A DNA stretch of 63,987 nt, the filler included, from Intoshia linei (Eukaryota > Animalia > Orthonectida): the NCBI GenBank assembly GCA_001642005.1. It is 9 parts of 9 records of this genome, joined end to end, with 100 filler letters (N's around TTAATTAATTAA, not from the genome) between each part and the next. Parts side by side here need not be neighbours in the genome. Positions count along the whole stretch, not along the records: positions 5,716 to 28,458 come from LWCA01000586.1; positions 28,559 to 48,472 come from LWCA01000710.1; 7 more parts are not named here. One strand, 5' to 3'. Within the stretch, counting starts at the first letter, position 1; every line of letters begins with the position of its first letter. Of the stretch, positions 25,944 through 41,557 are shown in pieces. Below the pieces are notes generated by a model. That model did no database searches. It saw only the letters and a list, made by a program, of their open reading frames with translations, and was not told where the DNA came from. The position numbers were made by a program, and so were the translations under genes.

Positions 25944-26580
25944 TCCTTACTTATATAATATGCTACGCAATATTTGCTTGTGTGTGTGTTCTACTTTATT
26001 TCAATAACAACCGGTCTTAGAATTTTATAAAGTCCACATTTCAATTACAGTTTTTTCCGGTGTTAGCAAAATAAATTTCGTCTTTCCAAACTCACATCTT
26101 ACGGGTCAAAAACCCCAATTATTTTTTTTTTTTTTAAAATCAAACGAGTTGGAGAATTAAAAAAAATTTATACGCTGATGCGGATTTTAAAATCATAAAC
26201 ATTATCATAATTTTAAATTTAAAAAAATTAAATCTTCAGGGCCAAAACCCCAAATTACCTTTTTTTGTAAAAAAAGCCCTAAAATTAAAAAAAATTACAG
26301 GTGGTACAGTAGTATCCCGTTAACACACAAAAAATTTCAATCTGAATAAATGACGTCTTCACGGTCAAAAAAGCATATTAGTATTGATATATTTTTTTCC
26401 GAAATATTTTATTAAAACAAAAAATGTAAAATAATTAACGGTCCAAAAATTAAAAAAAAGATTATTCTGATAGAGCTTATTCCTGTTGATATAAATACAA
26501 AATTTCATCCCCAGAAATCCACGCATTCCCGGTGAAAAATATTTTTTAATATATTATCAACCAATATTTTTCAAATTTAT
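25944..26580 (+). mobile_element. Helitron-like repeat family copy, 5' end intact
   Basis: A|TCCTTACTTATATAATATGCTACGC...tgtgtgtgtgtt start; colinear with the reverse complement of 19440-19776 and with 21480-22000. Confidence 0.7.
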
Positions 26581-28967
26581 AAATTTCATGTGTATAAAAA
26601 TCATTACATTGAAATGATATTGTGTAGTCCATTAAAAGAATGTTTTTTTATTTTTGATATTTTATTATTTGAGAATATTCTAAAATACACTTTAATATAA
26701 CACAATGCGTGTTAATTATGATTAGTTAATTTACAGATATTTAACACTTGTATCAATTTTCGAAATATCAGGAATTATCGTAATGTTATTATTAGAACAG
26801 TCTATTTTAATTTCACTACATTCACATCCCAGGGGACAATCTGAAAAGATTTATATTTTAACATTCTTTATTTGATTATACCGTGAATATTAATATCTAT
26901 ATTGCTGTAATCTTTAGACTTTTTGTCGAAACAGTTCACCGTATTGTTTGTACAATTACACCCAATTGGGCAAGCATCTAAATTCGTCACATTATTAATT
27001 GTGTCATCAGTTAAAATTTGTAAAAAATTTTTTAATTAATTGAGGCTTAGGCACCTTGATTAAACCGTAACCTACGTAATCATAAATGACACTTTTTTTT
27101 ACTCATGTTTTGATTTTATTTGGCATTGTTAAATGAAATTGTTGAAAATGTTTAGAAATCTGCCATAACCAGATACCATCAAAGGACGTTGCTTGATAAT
27201 TTTTGTACTGATCAACAGATGGATGATAAAAGTATCGACCTCATTATCAATTATCAATGCCAATGTAAACGTTTCATCCAATTGAATTAGAATGTAGAAA
27301 CATGTACAATATGCATCATTTATATTATTAAATTCAAAATTTCTGGAAATGAAAGGAAAACCAACAAAAGAAGTCAACCCACAAGAAGGGTGTCTTACTG
27401 TGTAAACGTTTCAATCTTTTAAAACAAATTTTTCAAAATAAGGGTTCAATAATCTGATAAAAACCGATTGAAATCAAAATAATATATGTACCAACATATA
27501 TAATGTATATTATAGAAATATGTACACATTTATAATTAAATTAATTAATTACCAAAGGAGGATAGAAAAAAAAGTATAAATATCAAAATCATTTAAAATT
27601 TAGATATAATTTAATAAATAAAGATGTAACTGTATTTTACATATAGCATATGCCACGTCATTTAATTAATATCATAAATTATATCGATAGTAAGTCATAT
27701 TAATATTATGAGATAATGTGTGACTACAATGTTGGGTCAAAATATTTCAATGTCTGTTGGTTCAATCAGAAATTTCGACAGATTATACTTTAATGTATAA
27801 TGTACGCATTCACATACCCTGTATAAATAATGTATAGTATTATATTTCATGCTCTAGAGACATTCGTTGATGATAAAATGCTAACAGTAAATTGAAAAAT
27901 TTTTCCTGCCGATAGTATTTCATTATTTATAGTTTCACGCATAATACATTACATGTACGACGTATAATGTAATGAAAATTTAATGACTGTGATGAAAACT
28001 ATTTAAATTACTATTGACGCAGATCGGTCGAAGGGATGACTGGTTCTTACAGTTTGATCATCATTTCTCGTTATTTATTTTTATATTCGACGCTGTTCCA
28101 GTCTTGTGATAACTGTAAATTTGGCTTTGTAATCTGCTTTAAAATTACTGGTCACAATACATTATTTATATGTAATATATTAATATTTTTAGTCATATTC
28201 TAAACAACGTAGGATTTAATTACAATAATAAATCAAAAACCAGTTGACGCGCCCGGATATTTTATAAATTAATTTTAAAAATAAAAAGAAATAGTTATAA
28301 TTAGAGTCGACATTTTATAGCACTAAAAATTCGATGATAATGCTAATTTTATTGACTTTATACAATTGTGACTCTGTAATTTTGTACAAAATTATAAATG
28401 CTAAAAAGTAGTTTTTAAGTCAATAAGTTACGTTGATAGTGCTATTTTTTTCATTTTANNNNNNNNNNNNNNNNNNNNNNNNNNNNNNNNNNNNNNNNNN
28501 NNTTAATTAATTAANNNNNNNNNNNNNNNNNNNNNNNNNNNNNNNNNNNNNNNNNNNNAATATGAAAAATATAATTTCAATAAAAAAAGTTAATTATGTT
28601 CAAAAAGTATCATACTTATAAAAAACATTGACCATTTTTTATAATAATTAATATTTTTATATTTTTCACATTGATTATTTAAAAATAGCTAAAAATAATT
28701 AGTAAAATACTTTGTTACAATTAGAAAAAAGAATGATTTAATTTACAGTGCGCGAAGCCTAGAACAGTCGTTACCAAACTTCTTTCACCATGAACTATTT
28801 GTCAAAGAAAAATGTGTGTGGACCGCATAATTTTTTAATTTTTAAAAAAATTGCTTTAATCTTGAAACAAGATTACCACAGTAGCACACACATGTTTCAC
28901 TGGACATGCATAAAATTTTTTGGGCACACCGGTTGAAAAACACTGCAATATATTAATTAATATTTAC

Positions 28968-29303
28968 ATTTAGCAATTTCACTAGAATCGACTGCATTCT
29001 ATATGAGGCAAACGGAATAACTTGCTCATTTAAATAATTTTTATAGATAATGTCACTCGTTCGCTTTAAAATGTCCATTACTGTTTCACGGCACATATTA
29101 TAACCATTATCTGATTCCATCATGTTAAACCTGTTTAAATTATATTAATATATAATATTTAATATTCAAATCTTATATACTATTTACCAGTCTTGATCAT
29201 TGTATTTTCCGCTGATGATTTCATGCACTATCATTGGTGTAGTTGACCCTGTCGTCCCCTTCCCTCGATCAGCTTTAGCTCTTGAAGTTGCTCCACGAGA
29301 CAT
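28968..29303 (-). CDS. C2orf81/DUF4639-like protein, first two exons (29303-29188, 29130-28968); remainder unresolved near the gap
   Basis: Spliced translation MSRGATSRAKADRGKG...VHEIISGKYNDQDWFNMMESDNG...IYKNYLNEQVIPFASY resembles the C2orf81 N-terminus (TRSKAEK...DIVPGRLSEAEW...FKVYLTQQCIPFT). 57-nt GT-AG intron with consistent phase. Not in the ORF track. Confidence 0.72.
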
Positions 29304-31468
29304 TTTGCAGAAGAATTTTCGTTACTAACTGTTTTGTTAATATACAATTATTTTTTGTTGTGTTTATATATAGTTACTAATACGGATTTATTACTTATTG
29401 TATAAATACATTTCATACTCATAAGAAAAAAAAGTCATCAAATGCAAGCAAATTGTGGGATAAATTGGAAACTGACATTTAACTTAAGTCTTAACGGGTG
29501 TAGAACTTACTTACAAGTTGTTATTAAAAACAATAGTATTGTATTAGAATTACCCAAATTCAAATCATTTTCAAAATGATAACAAAGTTATAAATTTCAG
29601 TTAATGTTAAATTTTAACAAATGTAAAAGCGTTAAGAAATCTTTAAAATCAATTCTACCTCATTTATTTTCGTTTTTAGTGAAAATATTAGTAACGATAG
29701 AGCAACTTTAGAGTAACTATCGTTAAACTCACTTCACTCTAGAATAAATATATTATGTTAATTCATTTTTTACATGAAATATAATGTTTGATATATAAGT
29801 TTCTAGTAGTACACTATTGAAGTTACTGCTTAATATCATTATCTCGTTACCAAATGTATTTATAACTTCATTTTTATGAGTTATACACCCGATTACGCTA
29901 CTATATTTATCACTGAAAAAGGATAATTTTTATAAAATTATAATAATTTTAAACGTTGATAAAATAAAAGGTAAACGAGGTAGAATTGAATTTAAAGTGC
30001 AAAGTGAACAACCAAACATGACGATCAACACAAGACTACTCAAAACATAACTAACACATTCGATGGTAACATTACATTAAATAAAGTTATATTTTAATTT
30101 TTATCTATGATTTAAATAATTTTTTTTTGTATTGTCATTTTTGATTAATACTCAACTTTTTAAGAGCTTACACTTAATTTTTAAAATTTTGTCACACCAC
30201 TAACATACATGTATTACACGTATATTAAAATTCGTTTTTAACTGGGAATATATGATTTTTTAGGTTTGAAATTTTTTCTCTAGATCAACTGGAATAAACT
30301 GCATCGGAAAAATTTTTTTATAATTTGTAGAACCATTAATTATTGATATTTTATTTAATAGTTAATTAAAAAAAATAAATAATTTGCTTTTTTGACCGTT
30401 ACTGTAATTTCGGAGATTTGGAATTTTTTCTCTCCATTAACTGGAAAAGTTAATTAACCTTGATTTTTTGTTAGATTTCATTGGCTTTTAGTTTTTTCAT
30501 TTGTGTTTTTGACTGAAGTTCAAATTTCTGAGAGATTTTACTTATTTTTCACTCTGGAAAAGAATCACTTAAAATTTGTGTTTTTTAAATTTTTGGGACA
30601 GATACTGAGCCATTCAGTACTATTGACTAGGTACTAGTAAAATTACACCAATGTATATGAGTCATATGATAGTATAACTGCTTACCAATCTGTTTTTAAA
30701 TAAAATTGTTTCATAATAAAGTGAGGATTAACCCTGTGTACTGGGAAATCTTCCTTTGTTGAACAAAATTTCAAATTTTGGAATGAATTCATTTTCAATC
30801 TTCCACTAACCGATAGTCGTAACGTAAATTACAATTTTACCGAATTAATTTAAATTTAAATGCGCAGATATATGAAAAAGCTGTCAGAATTTCATTATTT
30901 TGCATCAACGTGATTGTATTATGTGTTAGTTCAATTAAATTAATTACTAATTATAATTCCAAGTTAAATGTAACATTTTGTATTTACTTAATTCTAAATT
31001 ATCAGTTATAAATGTATATAAACGATAAATGTATTCATATTGTTATCTAATCCTTTAAATTCAACACATTAAACACAATAGTGACAATAGATTGTTTACT
31101 TTGTTCACTACCAACTAAAGAAAGTATTATTAACCTTTTATGATGGTCGATAAACAGATTCAAAAAATAGTTAAATTGTAATCTACATAAGTAAAAACAT
31201 GGCAACGAATTTAGAATTATATTTTAAAACTTTCAAAAAGTGTCAATAAAAGTGTTTATAATTGTTACGAAACATTAACGAGTACTAAACGTTCGAATTA
31301 AAATAACGTACGCGTTTACAACACGGAAAATACAATTTTACCGATAAACGTTTAAATTGAATACGGAACTTTTTTCAATTTAATTTCACCTTTATTTTAA
31401 ACATGTGCTAATTTCATTTTATTTCATTTACGTTTATTGTACATAATATTCATATAAATTTTAAAATT

Positions 31469-31515
31469 CAAAAAAATATAAAAGAAAAAGAAAATAGAAA
31501 AATATAAAAGAAAAA
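31469..31515 (+). promoter_or_regulatory. A-rich 5' leader of PABP copy 1 (candidate autoregulatory poly(A)-like element)
   Basis: aaaaaaatataaaagaaaaagaaaatagaaaaatataaaagaaaaa lies directly before the ATG. Confidence 0.6.
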
Positions 31516-33365
31516 ATGTCGAATCAATCAGCTTTCACTGAACAGAAGACCTTTAACCTTGAAGGTTGCAATACTTTATATGTCGGTGATTTGAGTTTGG
31601 ATGTGACAGAATCTGATTTGGAAGAATTGTTTAAACCGTTTGGTGATTTGTCGTCTGTTAGATTAGTCAGTCATGCTGATGGTACTAGAAGTGGAAATTA
31701 CGCTTATATAAACTTTATGGATAAAAATTGCGGTAATTTTTTAATTTATTACGTAATAATTATTGATAGCTCTGCAAGCAATGCGCAATTTGAATTATAA
31801 CACTCTTAATGAAAAAAGTATGAGAATCATGTGGTCTTTTCGAGATCCTTCCATACGAAAAAATGGTGTCGGTAACATTTTCATTAAAAATTTGGATAAA
31901 ATTGTCGATCAAAAAACATTATTTCAGACATTTTCTCATTTTGGACCAATCATGTCTTGCAAGGTAATTTTTTATTTTAATTTTAATAAAATTACATTTT
32001 AGGTTGTATGCGACGAACATGGTGTATCGAAAGGTTACGCTTTTGTACATTTCAGCAATTTGGACCATGCTAAAACAGCAATGAGTCGATTAAATGGAAC
32101 CAGATTGACCAAGGATGCTAAACCCGTTGAAGTCATGGAATTTATACCTAAGTCTAAACGAAACACTAGAGGATTTAATAATTTGTACGTCAAAAACTTT
32201 CCCGTTAGTTGGGAACAGGAAGATTTAAGTAAAGCATTTTCTGCCTATGGTGAGATTTTTTCATGTAAAATTTGCATTAGTAACAGTATGGATTCCAAAA
32301 AATTTGGTTTCGTTTGTTACAAAGACCCTACTCATGCTCAAAAAGCAATGAAAGAAATGCACGATAAAGATATTAAATCGAGCGATAATGAAGCTTTTAA
32401 ACTTTACGTTGTAGCTGCATTAAAAAAAAGTGAACGCGCTAGGCAATTGGCTGATCAAAAAGCGGTTAAACTGTCAAACATTAGAAATAATACGAGAGAT
32501 GTTAATTTATACATTAAATATTTGGATGATAAGGTCGACGATGTAGAATTAAAACAGCAATTTAGTGTATTTGGAGAAATTACTTCGGCTAAAGTTATGC
32601 GACATGAAAATGGCACTTCCAAAGGTTTCGGGTTTGTGTGTTTCGCTGAAGAAAGCGCGGCAACTAGTGCTTTAACAGAAATGAAAGGAAAAGAATTTTT
32701 TGGTAAACCTCTATATGTGTCTCTAGCTCAAAAAAAAGACGAACGAAAAACAGAACTGTCTCTTAGATCGCGACAATTTTCGAGACATATGATGGCAATG
32801 CACAACAATTATTTTACCGGTGCTATTCCTATGAATCAATACGGAATGTTCCAGCAATTGAGAATGCATGCAGATATGCAATTCCAAATGCCAAATAAAA
32901 TGAATTATCCAAAACCTGCAGAAATGCAAAATTATAATGGACAGTGGACAAATATGCATAGAAACGTTATAACTAATAATTTACTACCAAATCAGAATAA
33001 TAAAAAGGTTAGAATGTTCCAAAATTATTCCCAGTATCCTAATCAAAATGGATTACACGATATGAACATTTATTTTCAAAAGAATAGTGAGAAAATGCAC
33101 AATGACTATTTACATTCTATTCCCCAAAAAAAGAATAGCATTTTATATACATTTATTAGTGAATTTGTGAAAACCTATTATAATTATCAAGAGAACGAAG
33201 TTATTTCAGCTTTGGTTACTAGTATTCTTAGGGATTCTACTAATGTAGATAAGGAAAACTTTTTTAATTTGTCTAATTTGACTTTGAAAAATATGGTATT
33301 TATTTTAATTTTTATGTTTATATTATTTTTAGATTGATTCACACATAAATAGTAATCATATGTAA
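31516..33365 (+). CDS. PABPC: Cytoplasmic poly(A)-binding protein, copy 1 (exons 31516-31732, 31770-31963, 32003-33295, 33333-33365)
   Basis: Four RRMs ([74 protein letters not shown]), an N/Q/M-rich linker and a degenerate MLLE-like C-terminus. Introns of 37, 39 and 37 nt keep frame. Confidence 0.95.
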
Positions 33366-34042
33366 TCGAATTTATTAAATATATATTTATTTCGTTTTCA
33401 AATTTCAAATTTTACGTCAGCTAATTTGAGTAAATATTAATCCTTTACTTATGTAAAAGTGAATATCTAGTACCGTTTATTTATAAAATCGACATAGGGC
33501 CTATGTTATAATTTAAAAAAAACCATTTTCTAATACATTTTTTTACCAGGGTGTGCTTATATCGATCAAATAATTTTTTCATTTTCAGAATTTAAGTGCT
33601 TCAGGGTGGAAAACCCAATTTGCCCTTTTTAAAAATAAAATAACTCATAAATTTAATAAAATATACATTTTGGAACGCGTTTTAAAATGATTAACATTGT
33701 CTTAATATTATTATTTTATATAGTTTCAGCCTCAGAAACGCATATCTTTATGGTCAAAATCAGAAATGACCCTTTCTTTTAAAAATAAAATAAAGTGTGG
33801 AATTGAAAATATAATTAAAATACTTAAAACCTTCATAAAATTATCTTTTAATACAACCAAAAATTTGAAATTATAATTTCAAAACGTTACATTTTCACTA
33901 GTTGTACCAAGCATTTTATTTTGTTCTAGAGAATAGATAGAACCAACAAATCTGAAAATTATTTAAATTGAAGGGCGCAAAGACGAATATTTTTTTAAAA
34001 ATAAACCAATAATCGGAAAATTTAATTGATTGTATGTATTAG

Positions 34043-34283
34043 CAGAGGTGTCAGACTCAATTTTCTTGGCAAGCAAAATATGAAAAAAAAATTATTACGC
34101 AGGCCGCACAAAAAAATCTTTACTCAAAAAATTATGTTAAAACTAACAGATTTAATTAATTCATAAAATGAAGTATGATGGAATAAGTAAAAACTGTAAA
34201 TTAAGAAATGTGTAAAAAATTGTTATAAAAAATAAAAATATATATTATAACGCAGGCCGCACATTCCATAATTGACACCCCTG
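34043..34283 (+). mobile_element. hAT-type MITE, family A
   Basis: cagaggtgtcagactcaatt...attgacacccctg with flanks gtattag/gtattgag. Confidence 0.85.
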
Positions 34284-35710
34284 GTATTGAGCGAGAATCC
34301 ATGTGATTAATTTTTAAAAATTAATCTAAAAAATTTTTCTGATTCTGTGGAATCGTCGATTCGCTAGTTCCAAGGTGTTTCAAATTTTTTTTGGAGTGAA
34401 CCCGTAATTTTTGTATGGATATCTAATTTCTGAAAAAATTATCATTATATTCAATACGAATGAAAGATAATATTCCAACTACGGTGCAACCTTTTTAAGT
34501 AAAAACGATAAATGTTTGTAAATTTGTGCGTGATAGACTCTTTGATAAATAACAATAGGAAGGTTGTAAAATTAAATGTTAGTGAAATATTACAATTGCA
34601 TCATTTTGTAAATACATTGTATATGTCAAATCTATCAATGAAATATGTATCAATTTTAAATTAGACTAATTTATTTAATTGACATTGTATTGAAAAAATA
34701 TAATTTTAATTTGAACAGTTTTCCAATTAACGAGTCACATTATAAATTGTATTCAAATTTTGAATTAACCAGGGTTGACTTAAAGAGGTAGAACTGTACA
34801 AAGGTTATGCGTGGACAATTTTTTTAATTATTATTCAAATTACAAGTCCAAATTATATTTACGTTAAAATTAAATTTTTTGTGTTGGTACAGATTGTTCA
34901 TTAGGTATCACATCTCTTTTAAATTATGATAATTTAAAATACGGAGAAGGTAGATTATTTTAAAATGCGATACCCTAATGTACATGGTTAAAATATCGAA
35001 AATGATAACATTTACGTTGTGTACTAATGGATCAAAAGAAAAAATTAAATGAATGCTCTGTACCGACGATCAACGAAAAAATTTGATGGGTGGTCGGGTA
35101 ACAACTTAAAAACGTCGGTTCGTTTGCTGTGATTCATCCGATCATTAAACCAATATATCTAAATAAAGAACGAAAAATTTTTAGTCATTATAGGATGTTA
35201 ACGTGTAGGAGAACGCCTTAATCGACATTATTAATATATTAAAAAATTAAAAATTTCATAGTGTGAAATAGGATTAGAATGCTAGGTTAAAACATATTTT
35301 GCCTTGGAAATTTTTTTAATATTTTTGATTTCAGGAAACTTATTTGATTACAAACACATTATATTGAGATGAAAAATAAAGATTGTAACTCCTACAAAAT
35401 ATGGAATGTGGCTGCATTTTCCTATGTCTGATATGAATTGAAAAATTAAATCAAAAGACTGAAACAAAGTCAATTTACAATGTAAATTTTACACCAATAA
35501 TTCAAACCATGTGTACTTATCTGTGACGATAAAAAAGTAAATTGATTGCATTTAAAAACAATTATCTTAAGGCTCAAAAAAAACAAGTTAATTGTCTAGA
35601 ATTAAATGATGAAAAGTAATCAATCATGCATAAATTTTAAAACCAATTTTCATAAAATTTTTTAGCTCGGATTGTATTTTCGTAAAAAAACGTTGTAAAT
35701 AGTTTTTTTG

Positions 35711-35751
35711 ATAAAAGATAAAAAAAAGTAAAAAGACGTAAAAACAAAAAA
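35711..35751 (+). promoter_or_regulatory. A-rich 5' leader of PABP copy 2
   Basis: ataaaagataaaaaaaagtaaaaagacgtaaaaacaaaaaa lies directly before the ATG. Confidence 0.6.
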
Positions 35752-39687
<3,936 letters not shown>

Positions 39688-39898
39688 CCAGTATAAACTA
39701 AATTAAATTAATAATTTAAAAATAGATTTAAATTTTAATTGTCATTGTAGGTTAAAAGATGATTGAAAAGAATATAAATATATAGTTTTATAATTTTATA
39801 TTGTTAAAGTTTTTGTTAATTAAACGAATTAAAAAATTAGTTTTGAAAAATTGGATGGAATGAATATATTTTAAAATTTATAAACGTAACATTTAAAT

Positions 39899-40512
39899 TT
39901 AAATAGATGGACACCATTTGAACAGGTCATATTGAGATTCGATTTTCTTAATATTTAATCCTACTTTGAATTCACATGTAATGTTGTTTCTTTCAATGGT
40001 TTGATTTTGATAATTGCTAAATTTGACTTGACGATAATTTTTCTCGTGTTTGCGTCGTTTCCTATTGAAAATTTTTCTATTCCACAAATTTTCCGGTCTT
40101 TTTTTCTAAAAATGTATAATTTGGCTTTTTTTAAAGTTACCTGATGCAACTTGTAGTACAATCCACACGCATTGCAATTTAAATAATTATTTTCCATTCG
40201 ACGCCACATTGAAGTGGTTGTAGCGTTACAATTGGCACACACATCTTTAGATTTGACATTTGGTTTAATGTCCACAGGTGGGTTCAGATTCTCTAGGGGG
40301 GAATCGGCCTTTTCAAATAGACTAAAAATATCTGACATTGAACAGTCATTCGTGTAATCTAATTGACTATCCATATAATTGACTGTTATCAAATTTTGAT
40401 CCATTTGATTCAACTTTGTAAAACTTTCAGTTTGTGTCGCAACAGACAATTGGACCGTTTTAAAAACATTAACATTATTGGTACCAGAGAACATGGGATC
40501 ATAGTGGTACAT
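39899..40512 (-). CDS. GATA transcription factor, single zinc finger (exons ~40512-40141 and 40105-39899)
   Basis: CANC-x17-CNAC finger ([20 protein letters not shown]). A 35-nt intron 40106-40140 joins it to the basic tail [19 protein letters not shown]. Start codon uncertain. Confidence 0.9.
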
Positions 40513-40828
40513 TTTATCAACAAATTTAACAAGTTTCTGGCAAAATTTAATGAAATTGCGATACGCTATTATTAATGGTGTCAACACTGCATTAATTTTT
40601 TAATTTAATGATTTATTCGGAATCATCAAACGCTCAATTTACGTGATTCATACAATGGTAAATTACTTTGGAACGCAAAATAAAAAGATGCATACTAGAG
40701 ATTGGACCATACGTGATATATCCAACGATACTGCTTAGTTGAAAAAGACGGTATCGTGAGATGTGATGTCTTGAAATTTACAACGCACAATTAATTTATA
40801 ATTTGGTTTAATGAAAAATTGTATAATA

Positions 40829-41229
40829 TTAATCGTTTTCAAAACTTTTGTAAACATTTTTATATTTGGATGAGCAATTTCGAAATTTATTGTGCCTTTT
40901 AATGCAATCGGTTTCCTTGTCGTTTGGGTTGTACATGTCGGAAAAAAAGCATTCGAATGATTTTCTATACAAGTAACCGCATGGACCTCCCAGTATACTT
41001 CCTATGCAGGCACAGTTCCAATTTATACTACCGTCTGGTCTTCTCGCGCCACCGTCAATTTCGTTAAATTTTTGAGATGTTTCTAATTTAAATTTAGATT
41101 TTTCTTCCCATTGACTGTCTGTCAGTACAAACACTGTATCTTTATCTTAAATTTTTAGTTTTTAGGTTTATGGGGTATTTTATTACCAGATGAAACTTTT
41201 ATTTGCTTTTTATTTTGAATCATTGACAT
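40829..41229 (-). CDS. CHCHD4: Mitochondrial intermembrane space oxidoreductase MIA40/CHCHD4 (exons 41229-41187, 41145-40829)
   Basis: DKDTVFVLT, G..PDGSINWNCACIG, GPC-x9-C and C-x9-C twin CX9C motifs; 41-nt intron keeps phase. Confidence 0.9.
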
Positions 41230-41557
41230 TGATTATCATTCGATTTAAATAAAGTATGGTTTGTTTTAATTTTTATAAATAAAGTAGGGTGTCACTGTCA
41301 CACATGTTTGAGAAACAAGAATATTCAGTACGCAATTTCTTCAGTTGTACGATATTCATATGTTGTATCCAGAATCGAATCTATCGTATCACGAGACTCA
41401 TCTTCTAGGTAGACAAAATGGGGAAAATTTTAACTATCAAATCTAGACTATGTTTCAGTTTCATTCTTTTTATTTTTAGAAATGAAGAGTTAAATTAAAT
41501 ATCCAAATTTTTTTAAAAGTAAATTTTTAATAATTAAAAGTGTTTATTAATAAAATT

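Noticed and set aside
26700-28450. Coding-like patches and ORF 27129-27377
   Set aside because: Could not build a phase-consistent gene or recognise a family; may be decayed sequence or downstream exons of the DUF4639-like gene.
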